Source: an uncultured archaeon
GTDB taxonomy: Archaea > Iainarchaeota > Iainarchaeia > Iainarchaeales > 1-14-0-10-31-34
Direction of reading: 5' to 3'
Length of the DNA stretch: 54,741 bases
Assembly (NCBI GenBank): GCA_964442255.1
Contig: CAYTYC010000007.1
Span: 1-54,741, forward strand
In this document: piece by piece, positions 1 to 9,168 of the stretch
Position numbering within the stretch: position 1 is the first letter of the stretch
Layout of the letters: each line of letters begins with the position of its first letter
Translations under genes and position numbers: made by a program
The notes under the pieces: model-generated
The model's input: only the letters and a program-made list of their open reading frames with translations
The model's database searches: none
Told to the model about the DNA's origin: nothing

Positions 1-9
1 GGCGGCCCT

Positions 10-68
10 TTTTGATCAAACTTTTTGGAAAAAAGTTTGTTTTGATAAAACTTTTGGAAAAAGTTTTA
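10..68. repeat. Two tandem ~30-nt imperfect palindromic units (TTTTGATxAAACTTTT(T)GGAAAAA(A)GTTT)
   Basis: 10-39 and 40-68 are near-identical; each contains an AAACTTTT/AAAAGTTT inverted repeat. Confidence 0.75.
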
Positions 69-71
69 CGG

Positions 72-125
72 AAAGAAATCCGCAAACCGCTGCCTGAAGG
101 CAGCGGATTTCTTTGGGTTGTTAAA
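72..125. repeat. Dispersed palindromic element, copy 1
   Basis: Hairpin CCGCTGCCT-GA-AGGCAGCGG (87-106); 93-125 matches 34830-34862 at 32/33 nt. Confidence 0.8.
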
Positions 126-148
126 AAAAAAAGAAATTGTTCCGGCGT

Positions 149-1762
149 TTACCTGCTTAAAAGCATTCTCGCCATTTCCCCGTAAGCCGGGCGGGTGATG
201 AAAATTCCAATCAAAACACCCGAAATGGTGGTGATTGCAAATCCCACCAGTTTTCCCAAGCCAAAGCCAAACAAAATAATGGGCGCCATTGTGGCGATTG
301 TTGTTGCCGCGGCAGCAAAAATAATGAAAAAAGCCTTTTTCAGCCTTCCCGCAAAAGAGCCTGTCTGCGTTCTCACTCCCCTCACCAGTTCATCGGAAAT
401 AATTATCTGGTGGTCAACGCCTGTTCCAACCGCCGCAATTATTCCCGCAACCGCGGCAAGGTCCAAATTCCAGCTGATAAGGGAAGCAAATCCCAGAATC
501 AAAACAACCTCGCTTAACCCCGCAAACATTATGGGAAAAACAAGCTTCAACACCCTGTAACGGATGAAGATAACCAGCACGACAACCAAAAGCGCGACAA
601 AACCCATTAAGGCCGCGTTCTGCAGGAACGCCTTTCCAAGAGTGGGTGAAACGGTTTCCCTGCTGATTTCCTTAACAGGAATGGGAAGGGAACCGGATTC
701 AAGCAAAATAGTCAAGTCATTCAATTCCTTCATTGCCTGCTCCGGGTCGGGGGCAAAGCCGCGGATAACCAACTCGGAATGCCTTTCAGCCTGCTCAACG
801 CTTTCCACGAAAGGGTCAAGGCCTGTCACGTCCTCGCTTAAGGAAATGACCTGCTGGATTCCCGTAACCTTCCAAACCCACGGGGTTTCCGGCTCAACCC
901 CGCGTTCGGTTACCTGAAAGCCAAGTTCCTTCAGTTCAGCGATTACTTCTTCATTCGTTCCCAAAGGAACAAGCGCATTCGGGTTTTCTTCAGCCAAAAC
1001 GGAAAGCCCCTGCAACTGCGCCTCTTCCAGGCTTCCGGTGAAAGTGAAGTGCGGTATTCCCGAATTCTGCAACAATTCAGCCATGCTTGTTTCAGCGGGA
1101 ATCCCCAAAAACTGGTTTCCCTGCAAAAGGAGACCGCGGTCATTAGAGAAAACAGACTGCGGAATCACCAGAACAGCGTCAGCCGGGCGGTCAATAAAAA
1201 AATACGTTTTCTCGCATTCATATTGTTTTCCTGCACCGGGGTCCTGTGAAACAATAGTGCACTTATGGAAAGTCATGCGGGTGAACCTTTCGGCAGCAGA
1301 ATCCTTTAGCATGAAAGGCAGGCGCCACATTATTCCGTCCCCTTCCTGTATGAAACCGTAGCCTTTGTCGGCCTGCTTGAAGATGTGCGCGATTTCATCT
1401 CCCGTAAAGAGAACGTTTCCGTCCAGGGTTGCCTCAAACTTTCCCTGGCGCCTCAAACGCGATTCAATCAGGTCAATCTGCTCCGGGTCGGTTTCCGCAA
1501 TCTGGACAAGGATTACTTCATCACCCAAACTGGTTACCTTTGTGTCCTTCAGCCCGGTCCAGTCCAGTCTCCTGGAAAAAACGGAAACAATCTGGGAGAG
1601 TTCATTAGCATTTTTAGCGGGTTCCTGTAGCTGAACCTGAAACTGGGTTCCGCCCTTGAAGTCAATTCCAAACTTTAATCCGTTAACTGAAATCACGAGA
1701 AACGCGCCCAAAAGAAGGGCAAGAAGCAGGGCAATCCGGAAATTCATGAAAAACTGCCTCAA
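149..1762 (-). CDS. secD: Protein translocase subunit SecD
   Basis: N-terminal TM then GIDFKGG; large extracytoplasmic domain; SGSLP, VSPTLG, GTGVDHQIII and five C-terminal TMs; start overlaps the secF stop. Confidence 0.95.
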   Translation of the reverse strand: MRQFFMNFRIALLLALLLGAFLVISVNGLKFGIDFKGGTQFQVQLQEPAKNANELSQIVSVFSRRLDWTGLKDTKVTSLGDEVILVQIAETDPEQIDLIESRLRRQGKFEATLDGNVLFTGDEIAHIFKQADKGYGFIQEGDGIMWRLPFMLKDSAAERFTRMTFHKCTIVSQDPGAGKQYECEKTYFFIDRPADAVLVIPQSVFSNDRGLLLQGNQFLGIPAETSMAELLQNSGIPHFTFTGSLEEAQLQGLSVLAEENPNALVPLGTNEEVIAELKELGFQVTERGVEPETPWVWKVTGIQQVISLSEDVTGLDPFVESVEQAERHSELVIRGFAPDPEQAMKELNDLTILLESGSLPIPVKEISRETVSPTLGKAFLQNAALMGFVALLVVVLVIFIRYRVLKLVFPIMFAGLSEVVLILGFASLISWNLDLAAVAGIIAAVGTGVDHQIIISDELVRGVRTQTGSFAGRLKKAFFIIFAAAATTIATMAPIILFGFGLGKLVGFAITTISGVLIGIFITRPAYGEMARMLLSR

Positions 1763-2820
1763 ACCACCAGCCTCCTGGACTTTTTTTCAACATACCACAA
1801 AAGCACGGGGGCATTCATGAGCCATGTGCTGATTAAATCCGCAAGCAAACCAAACAATAAAACGGCTGCGATTGAGAAAATTACGGTCATCTGGTTAAAG
1901 AACGCCAACACAATCATTGCGCTCAAGGCGGCAATTGTCGTGAAAGTCATTGTCAAACCGGTTTTCATTGAATCCGTTGTCCTTTCCTTCGGGGAACGCT
2001 CTTTTCTCTTGATTAAACGCGTTGTAAGCATTATGTCCGTGTCAACACTGTAGCCGACAAGCATAAGGAGAGCGGGAATGGAGGAAAGGGAGAGGGGAAT
2101 TCCTGTTAAAGACATCAGGGCAAGGGCGCCGGAAATGTCAAAAACCGCGGCGGCGATGATTGCCGCCGAGGGAATGATTTCACGGAAGAAAAAGAAAACC
2201 ACAAAAATAACTGCAATGAATGCGACAATTGCGACAAAAACCGCGTTCTCCCAAAAGGTTGCGCTTAAGCTGGGGCCGACTTCAACGCTCTGCACAGAGT
2301 AAGAGTTTCCCAAAGGAAAATTGGCTTCCAGTTCCGCGAGAAGGCTTTTTTCAAACGCCTGCTTTGCCTTTCCGAATGCCTCATCCGCAAACTCCAGTAA
2401 ATCCTTTGGGTTGCCTGGAGGAAGGCCTTCAACAAAAGGAGCCAAAAGGGAGAGCGCGTTTTTGGAGCGTTCAGCCGACTCTTCAGGGGAAGAATCCAGC
2501 AATGCACGCGCTTCATCCAGTTCCGCTTTTGCTTCCGCCAGCTCCAGGTTTTCCGCGAACTCAATGTTTAATCCGAAGCCAAGGGGAGAGGAAACCGTTG
2601 TGACCCTTAAATCCGATAAATTAAAGTTTTGCATTAAATGCTGTTCAACTGCTTTTGCTTCCGGTGCCTCCTCCAGACCCGTGAAAATGTAAGAAGTGCC
2701 CCCGGTTAAGTCCATTCCCCTTTGAATGCCGGGAAAAACGAATATCATTGCCAGGAAGATTATAAATAAGGCTAACGGAATGAACATGTACCGGGTGTAG
2801 TTTTTGCCGTACAAACGCAT
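1759..2820 (-). CDS. secF: Protein translocase subunit SecF
   Basis: GMDLTGG, VGPSL and LMLVGYSVDTDIMLTTR motifs; likely start ATG 2820 (MRLYGK). Confidence 0.95.
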   Translation of the reverse strand: MRLYGKNYTRYMFIPLALFIIFLAMIFVFPGIQRGMDLTGGTSYIFTGLEEAPEAKAVEQHLMQNFNLSDLRVTTVSSPLGFGLNIEFAENLELAEAKAELDEARALLDSSPEESAERSKNALSLLAPFVEGLPPGNPKDLLEFADEAFGKAKQAFEKSLLAELEANFPLGNSYSVQSVEVGPSLSATFWENAVFVAIVAFIAVIFVVFFFFREIIPSAAIIAAAVFDISGALALMSLTGIPLSLSSIPALLMLVGYSVDTDIMLTTRLIKRKERSPKERTTDSMKTGLTMTFTTIAALSAMIVLAFFNQMTVIFSIAAVLLFGLLADLISTWLMNAPVLLWYVEKKSRRLVV

Positions 2821-2942
2821 TATTTTGGCCCCTAAACAGAGAATTAAGATTTTAACCAAAGAAAGGCATTTAAAGGATACTGGGAAAGGAAAGGCTTTAC
2901 ACCCTGCAAAGATTTTTATATTCCAAAGAAGTTATTTTTTGC

Positions 2943-3869
2943 GTGCAGGAAAAAAGGGCGCAGGGCGCATTAGAGTACCTGCTGTTGATTGGCGGGGCAG
3001 TGCTTGTCGCGGTTGTGAGCATCAGTTTGCTGACCTCAATAGGGCCTGCGGGAAAAGCCACGGGGGAAACCGCGGAAGCAAAAGCCGAAAGCGCAGGGGA
3101 AAGCCTCCGCACAGGGCTCGGGTTTGGGACAGCACTTCTTGCTGACGGGCGGGCATGCGCTGATGGAAGTGAATGTGAAGGGGGCGTATGCGATTCCAGT
3201 AGTTTTTGTCAAACTTGTGAAGCGGATCGTACTTATGTGTCAGACAATGTGTGCCACAGCGAATGCGGAAGCCTTGCGGATGCCTCTTTTGATGGAACCG
3301 CTTCCCCTGGCGACAGGATTTGCACAGCGTGGGACAGATTCGCGGAAGCCTGTGATGCGGGAGAAATCTTTTGCGACACCGGGTCAAAAGAAGTTTGTTC
3401 AAGCGGAACATGCGTTGTTGATTTGGTTGCTCCCGCCGCGCCCTCCGCATTTAGCGCCGCAGACAAGCCGTCTTCAAGTGACACCATAAAATTAGACTGG
3501 ACCAATCCTGGAGATTCAGACTTTGACAAAATAAAAATTTTGCGAAAAACAGGCAGTTATCCTTCGGCTTCAGATGACCCAACCGCAGATATTGTTTATG
3601 AGCAAACAGGGGAAACGCCGGGGGCAGATAAAACATTTGATGATTTTACGGGGGCAAATACAAACGGCACTACATTTTATTACAATATTTGGGCATTTGA
3701 CAGGGTTTTAAATGAAAGCGCAAGCAGAAGCGCGCAAGGAATTCCTCTTGGAACATTAAACGGTTACTGTGGCGCAAACAGCCATTGCGAAACCGCTTAC
3801 CCAAAATGTTGCTTTGACTCTGGATACAAATGCAAGGCAAGCGATTATCCATTTTGCCTAGGGCCATAA
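2943..3869 (+). CDS. Class III signal peptide (type IV pilin-like) protein with Cys-rich region and FN3-like domain
   Basis: KRAQG/ALEYLLLIGG prepilin-type N-terminus; many Cys pairs; APAAPS..LDWTNP..FYYNIWAFD FN3 pattern. Confidence 0.8.
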   Translation: MQEKRAQGALEYLLLIGGAVLVAVVSISLLTSIGPAGKATGETAEAKAESAGESLRTGLGFGTALLADGRACADGSECEGGVCDSSSFCQTCEADRTYVSDNVCHSECGSLADASFDGTASPGDRICTAWDRFAEACDAGEIFCDTGSKEVCSSGTCVVDLVAPAAPSAFSAADKPSSSDTIKLDWTNPGDSDFDKIKILRKTGSYPSASDDPTADIVYEQTGETPGADKTFDDFTGANTNGTTFYYNIWAFDRVLNESASRSAQGIPLGTLNGYCGANSHCETAYPKCCFDSGYKCKASDYPFCLGP

Positions 3870-3875
3870 AATAAA

Positions 3876-6437
3876 CTATTTCCTCCACAGCACAAACAGC
3901 ACTGCCAAAAGCAGCAATGGAAGGAAGTAAACCGGAAGCCCGGGGACAGTCAAAAGCTTTTCGCCTGTTATTGTGAAGTAGGTGCGGACGGTTTCAGTGT
4001 CGGTTATTGAATAGGCTATTGCGGTGACTTTAACGTCAACCCTGTGGTCGCCTTTCTCCCATTCTTCTAAAGTGGAGCCAACATTTATGGTTGCAGGAAA
4101 AGTAAAGGTTGTGCCTTGCGGCAGAATTCCGTTGTAGCTGTCAAAAACAGTTCCATCCAAGGAAAACTCTATAACAATGTTGGAGAGGTCTGTGCCGGAA
4201 ACGTTTTTCACTTTAACTCCAACTTCAGTTTGCTCCCCGCTCCTTCCAATAATTGCCCTCGGAACAGCTTCAAAGTCAAGTATTCGGATTAAGTCCCCCA
4301 AAGGAGGCGCAGGGTTTACAGTAAATGGCCCGGAATAGTCAAGCTCGTTGCCTGTGCTACTGCTTGCCCAGCCGGCAACATAATAGGTTCCAGGAGGCAA
4401 ATCACTGCAAAACAATCCAACAGCGCAGTTTGTAGTGTTAAAAGTGCAGTCCGCTGCCCTTCCGGGCGGGCCGCCAATTGCACAGGAATAACTTGGGTCC
4501 CCGGAAAAATCGTCTGCATATCCCCCCTCGGGGAATAACGGGAAGTCTGTTTCATTGTAGTTACCCCAAACCGTGTCATTGTCCAAATAAAAATAAAACG
4601 TCATTGGATTGCCTCCACTGTCAGAGGCATTCCATTCAACGCCCAAAGAATCATCCACAGTGTCGCCGTCTGGTTTGATTACATTAATTGACAAAACACT
4701 TGAGCTTACTTCCCAAGGCACCTGCAGAGTGCTGCCACGGGGCGGGACTGCATTGTCTTCACAGTAAGCCTCCGCAACCCAGTGGTCCGGCTCCAAAGAA
4801 ATTGGATCAGATGCCGGGCCAGAGTCAACCCACTTCCCCATTCCATCTGGTGCAACAATGTCTGGGCCAGTATAAACAATTGTGCTTTCGCCTGGGGCTC
4901 TCTTTACGGTAAAGTTAACAAAAGCAACATCATTTGACGGGGCATCCGGGTCAACGCATTCAGCCCTAATCGCATGAATTTGCTGACCACTAGTAGTCAA
5001 GGAATCACAGGCAACCCAAGTGCCCGCCCCATCACTGTCGCATTCAATGTTTGAAATTTCGGGTGCCCTGTTAGTAACGTAATTTACTCCATAAACTGTT
5101 GCCCACAATTCAAAGTAATCAGCGCCGCCTTCAACAGGGACATACTTGGAGTAAACTGTAACCAGTTCATCCGAGTTCCTGAATGCCCAGGCGTCTTTTG
5201 TAAAGTCCCCGCGGTTGGTGCCCACTTTTCTGCCTGTATTAAATGAATCAGGGAAAGACACGCTGTCCGAAAAAAAGCCGTTTGGAGGACCTCCGTCCTG
5301 CTCTGTCAGCAGCCTCAAATAAGATGTTCCGGTCGGGCTGTTGGGCAGGGGCTCAGTCATCCAATAATTAATCAAGAAATCGTTGGAAGCTGTCGGCAGA
5401 ACAAACGGACCGTTAGAATAGGGGGACGCCCGGAGATAACCACCGGAAACAACTGGTTCAATTTCTCCAAGCGGGAAAGCTAAGGGGTTTCCGGCAGTAT
5501 CAAACCTCCTTGTCAGTATGTACCTGGGATTCCCGTTAAAAGGGTCATTTCCGACCCACACAAGGGCAATAACCCCGTCTGAGTTTACTGCAGCAAAAGA
5601 CCTTTCCGTAAGAGGGTTAATTCCATCAATAGGGGAAATAGTTGTTTCGCTGCCGTCAAGCCCGATTATTGATGCAGTCACTTCTTTAGTGTAATAATCC
5701 GGACAACCGTAATCATGGGTTACGGTAAAAACAACCCCACCAGAAGGCATAGGAGTTATGCCGCCATAAGCAGGAAAATCATTCGTTGTTCCAGTAAGCT
5801 GGATTTCGCCAGGAGGAGTAAGCAGTGAAAAAGAGGCGCCATCAAAAGAAAATATGGAAAGGTAATAAGTTGAATAGTAGGTCCTAGAAGGGCCGCAAAC
5901 CTTGTCTCCATGGGATTTCGTATAGAGCAGGTAAATATTGCCGGAATCATCAACAGCCGCATCATCAAACCCCATAAAATCCCCTATTGAGCCAGTGCCA
6001 ATCAAAACTGTTTCACCCATTAGTTGGGTTAAGTTTCCGGTTTGACTATCAAAATCGTAAACCTTTGCATAGAGCTTGTATTCAACTGTGTCCTCCCAGA
6101 AAACAAACAGTCTGTCCTGGGAGTCAAAAATTACTTTAGGGTTTAAAAACCGCAGACCTGGTGACTCGCTTATCTGGAACTGGAGAGAAGGCTGATTGGA
6201 TGAATCGTAAAGCCTTCCAACAATGTTCTGTTCGTATCCGGGGGTGGCAGTATATTCACTCCACGCGACCAAAAAGCTTCCGCCAGAAGCCAAAGCCAAA
6301 TCAAAGGAATCAAGCACATTGCCTTGGCTTTGGTCAATTTGGAACTCATCCAGAATAGTCAAATCTATTGTTTCAACCGCAGCTGAATCAGCGGCAAACA
6401 AAACCAAAAACGCAGCCAAAAACAATTTCTTATACAT
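3876..6437 (-). CDS. Large secreted cell-surface protein with Ig/CARDB-like domains and a C-terminal membrane anchor
   Basis: Signal peptide; beta-rich body; VKVKNVSG CARDB-like segment; C-terminal VPGLP + TM + RK. Confidence 0.75.
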   Translation of the reverse strand: MYKKLFLAAFLVLFAADSAAVETIDLTILDEFQIDQSQGNVLDSFDLALASGGSFLVAWSEYTATPGYEQNIVGRLYDSSNQPSLQFQISESPGLRFLNPKVIFDSQDRLFVFWEDTVEYKLYAKVYDFDSQTGNLTQLMGETVLIGTGSIGDFMGFDDAAVDDSGNIYLLYTKSHGDKVCGPSRTYYSTYYLSIFSFDGASFSLLTPPGEIQLTGTTNDFPAYGGITPMPSGGVVFTVTHDYGCPDYYTKEVTASIIGLDGSETTISPIDGINPLTERSFAAVNSDGVIALVWVGNDPFNGNPRYILTRRFDTAGNPLAFPLGEIEPVVSGGYLRASPYSNGPFVLPTASNDFLINYWMTEPLPNSPTGTSYLRLLTEQDGGPPNGFFSDSVSFPDSFNTGRKVGTNRGDFTKDAWAFRNSDELVTVYSKYVPVEGGADYFELWATVYGVNYVTNRAPEISNIECDSDGAGTWVACDSLTTSGQQIHAIRAECVDPDAPSNDVAFVNFTVKRAPGESTIVYTGPDIVAPDGMGKWVDSGPASDPISLEPDHWVAEAYCEDNAVPPRGSTLQVPWEVSSSVLSINVIKPDGDTVDDSLGVEWNASDSGGNPMTFYFYLDNDTVWGNYNETDFPLFPEGGYADDFSGDPSYSCAIGGPPGRAADCTFNTTNCAVGLFCSDLPPGTYYVAGWASSSTGNELDYSGPFTVNPAPPLGDLIRILDFEAVPRAIIGRSGEQTEVGVKVKNVSGTDLSNIVIEFSLDGTVFDSYNGILPQGTTFTFPATINVGSTLEEWEKGDHRVDVKVTAIAYSITDTETVRTYFTITGEKLLTVPGLPVYFLPLLLLAVLFVLWRK

Positions 6438-6600
6438 AACCGGCACTCTTTTTCACTCTTTTCGCTCTATTCGTTTGGTTTTAATGCATATAGAATAGGC
6501 AAGGTTGTTATTAAAGATTTTCTTTTAAATCTCGGGGGATTTTCACAGGAAATCAGCCCCCTTTCAACGCATTTAAAAGTGAAAGCAGGGTTACCCCTTT

Positions 6601-6831
6601 ATGGCTAAAACGCAGAAAAAAATCCTGGGAGAGGAATTCGGGGTTAAGCCTGATGAAGCGGACAAGCTGTACTTGGGATTGCTGGATTCAGGGCCCCAAA
6701 AAATTGAAATGAACCGCACAATAAGGGAAGGGCTGAAATTCAGGCACCTGGCAAAAACAAAAAACGGAAAAATATGCCTGACTCCGCTGGGCAAGACAAT
6801 CGCAAAAGGCGCAAAAAAACTCTTCCACTAG
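6601..6831 (+). CDS. Small hypothetical protein, possibly winged-helix
   Basis: 76 aa; TTTAAAA TATA-like box ~25 nt upstream; ICLTPLGK wing-like end. Confidence 0.6.
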   Translation: MAKTQKKILGEEFGVKPDEADKLYLGLLDSGPQKIEMNRTIREGLKFRHLAKTKNGKICLTPLGKTIAKGAKKLFH

Positions 6832-7162
6832 CCGCAGGCTGTTTTGAATTGATTAAAGGTTTGCTTCCTAAGCCCCTGCATATTTAACCTCAAATGTTGT
6901 CATGAGAGGTCTTGATTCCTGTTTAAGCGGAAAATCCTCAAGGTATAATTCAGTGGCTTCCTTTAAATTGGCCAAAGCTTCATCAATTGTTTTGCCCTGC
7001 GAAACCACCCCCAACTCCACGCATTCCGCAACATACATGTCTTCATCTTTATGCAAAACGGCAGTAAAAGTCTTCATGAAAACCATAAAATAAATTGCCT
7101 GAAAAAGCTTAAAAACCAAAGCAAACTGCAAAAGGCGCAAAAAAACTGTTCCACTAGCCGCA
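6802..7162. repeat. 35-nt direct repeats (6802-6836 and 7128-7162) flanking the hicB cassette
   Basis: GCAAAAGGCGCAAAAAAACT(C/G)TTCCACTAGCCGCA, one mismatch. Confidence 0.9.
6868..7077 (-). CDS. hicB: HicB-family antitoxin (short form, no adjacent hicA)
   Basis: MKTFTAVLHKDEDMYVAECVELGVVSQGKTIDEALANLKEATELYLE is the typical HicB fold; start ATG 7077. Confidence 0.9.
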   Translation of the reverse strand: MKTFTAVLHKDEDMYVAECVELGVVSQGKTIDEALANLKEATELYLEDFPLKQESRPLMTTFEVKYAGA

Positions 7163-7293
7163 TATTTACTTTTAAAATGTTCAGGCACATATTGTTATCA
7201 AGAAAGCTGAACTGCTTTCGGAAGTGGTTTGAATGAATGGATTAAAAATATTGGAAATACTGGTTCTGGTTTCAGGCTAAAGGAGGGGGTTGC

Positions 7294-7560
7294 ATGGTGA
7301 AAGAAGAGTTAGAGGCCGCCGCGGAATTAATGGACGCGGTTATGGAAGACAGGGGGGTGCCGAGAAACATCAGGGGAAAAGTGGAGGAAGCCAAGAAAAA
7401 AGTGCTGGAATCAGCTGAAAAAGAGCTGAGCGTAAACATCAGCTCCGCATTGTACATGCTGGACGACATCAGCAACGACATCAACATGCCCTCACACACC
7501 CGAACAGAAATATGGCAAATCATTTCCGAGCTGGAGGCAATCAAGGAAAAAGTGAAATAA
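7294..7560 (+). CDS. UPF0147 family protein
   Basis: EDRGVPRNIR and LDDISNDINMPSHTRTEIWQIISELE motifs; GGAGG SD. Confidence 0.9.
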   Translation: MVKEELEAAAELMDAVMEDRGVPRNIRGKVEEAKKKVLESAEKELSVNISSALYMLDDISNDINMPSHTRTEIWQIISELEAIKEKVK

Positions 7561-7569
7561 GGGCTCGGA

Positions 7570-9168
7570 ATGGCTGAAGAAAAAGAAAAAACAGAATCCA
7601 ACGGAAAAAGCGCCGCAGAAGAAGGGGAAGAAAGCGGCGGAAAGGAAAAAGAAATAATAGAGTACGCGTCAAAAAACAACGCTGCAGTGAACAACAAAGC
7701 AATCGCGCTGCTCAAGGAAAGGGAAGACTACCGGAAAATAATCGACGAACTGCTTGAAGAAGGGCACTTCATTTTAAGCAAAGACGCCGTGGAAGGAAAA
7801 ATAGTCGAAAAAAAAAGCAAAATCGAATTAGTCAAAGAGGTTGAAATCCACGGAACAGGGTTCAAGCCTTTGGCAAAAGAAGTTGCACCGGATTTAAGGG
7901 AAATAAGGCGGCTCAACCTTCCGGAGCACGTGAACTCCGGCGGAAAAGCCGAAGACTTTGTGCAAATGTTCAGGGACAAATTCCGGGTGCTGGAAGGCGT
8001 GCTGAAGCAGAGAAACACATTGAATGCAAAGCCAATCAAAAGGCTTAAGGCGGTTCCAATGGGAAAAGAAGTGGAAATCATTGGAATGGTGCAGGAAAAA
8101 TTCACGAGCAAAAACGAAAATCTGGTCTTAAAACTCGAGGACTTGGAGGCAGAATGCATTGGGGTTGTCTCAAAGGACGACCAGAGGCTGGTGGAATTCG
8201 CGAAACGCATTCTCCCGGACAATGTGGTGGGAGTAAAGGGAAAAAAAATAAGGGACGGAATGATTGTAATCAGGGAAATAATGCTTCCCGAGCTTCCGCA
8301 AAAACCGTTCAAAAAAAGCGAAAGGAATTTAAGTTTGGCTGCTGTTTCCGACTTTCACGTGGGAAGCAAGCTCTTCATGGAAGAAGAATTCAAGCGGTTC
8401 CTGCTTTGGCTGAAGGGAATGACGGGAAGCGAAAAAGAAAAGGAAAAAGTGGGAAAAATAAAGTATCTGATGATTTTAGGGGATGTCTGCGACGGAATAG
8501 CTGTTTACCCCAACCAGCTCGAGGAGCTGGCGATAAAAGACATTTACGGGCAGTACGAGGCATTAAGCGAACTGCTTGTGGAAGTGCCGGAATACATTGA
8601 AGTGGTGATGATTCCGGGGCAGCACGATGCCGTGAGGTGGAGCGACCCCCAAAACGCGATTCCAAAAGAGTTTCTCCCGGAACTGCACAAGCTAAAAAAC
8701 TTTCACTTCATAAGTTCGCCGGGGTGGGTGGAGGTTGAGGGATTAAAGTGTTTAATGTACCACGGGCCCTCGATGCACGACCTTTATGCAAGCGTTTCAA
8801 ACCTCTCCTACAAAAGGCCGCACGAGGCAATGATAGAGCTGCTTAAAAGAAGGGACTTAATGCCAAGCTACGGAATGAAACGGCCCTATATTCCGGAAAA
8901 AATGGATTACATGGTTATAAGGGAAGAGCCCGACATTTTTTTGGCCGGGGAAATGCACCACAACTCCTACGGGCCGTACCGCGGCACAATGGTCATGAGC
9001 TGCGGAACCTGGCAGCTGCAGACGGATTTTCAGGTCCAGCAGGGGCACACCCCAACCCCGGGAATAGCCTCAATTTATGAAATGAAAACAAACAAAATAA
9101 TTGAAAACTATTTTTACAGGAAAGAAACGGAAGAAAAAGGCGCAGGGGAAAGGAATGAAAGAAGCTGA
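7570..9168 (+). CDS. polB: DNA polymerase D small subunit DP1
   Basis: OB fold (IIGMV..LEDL) and calcineurin-like motifs SDFHVGS, GDVCDGIAVYP, PGQHDAVR, YHG; directly upstream of DP2. Confidence 0.95.
   Translation: MAEEKEKTESNGKSAAEEGEESGGKEKEIIEYASKNNAAVNNKAIALLKEREDYRKIIDELLEEGHFILSKDAVEGKIVEKKSKIELVKEVEIHGTGFKPLAKEVAPDLREIRRLNLPEHVNSGGKAEDFVQMFRDKFRVLEGVLKQRNTLNAKPIKRLKAVPMGKEVEIIGMVQEKFTSKNENLVLKLEDLEAECIGVVSKDDQRLVEFAKRILPDNVVGVKGKKIRDGMIVIREIMLPELPQKPFKKSERNLSLAAVSDFHVGSKLFMEEEFKRFLLWLKGMTGSEKEKEKVGKIKYLMILGDVCDGIAVYPNQLEELAIKDIYGQYEALSELLVEVPEYIEVVMIPGQHDAVRWSDPQNAIPKEFLPELHKLKNFHFISSPGWVEVEGLKCLMYHGPSMHDLYASVSNLSYKRPHEAMIELLKRRDLMPSYGMKRPYIPEKMDYMVIREEPDIFLAGEMHHNSYGPYRGTMVMSCGTWQLQTDFQVQQGHTPTPGIASIYEMKTNKIIENYFYRKETEEKGAGERNERS

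Noticed and set aside
6828..6881. hicA toxin overlapping the hicB stop
   Set aside because: The overlapping ATG gives only 17 codons with no HicA GSH motif.
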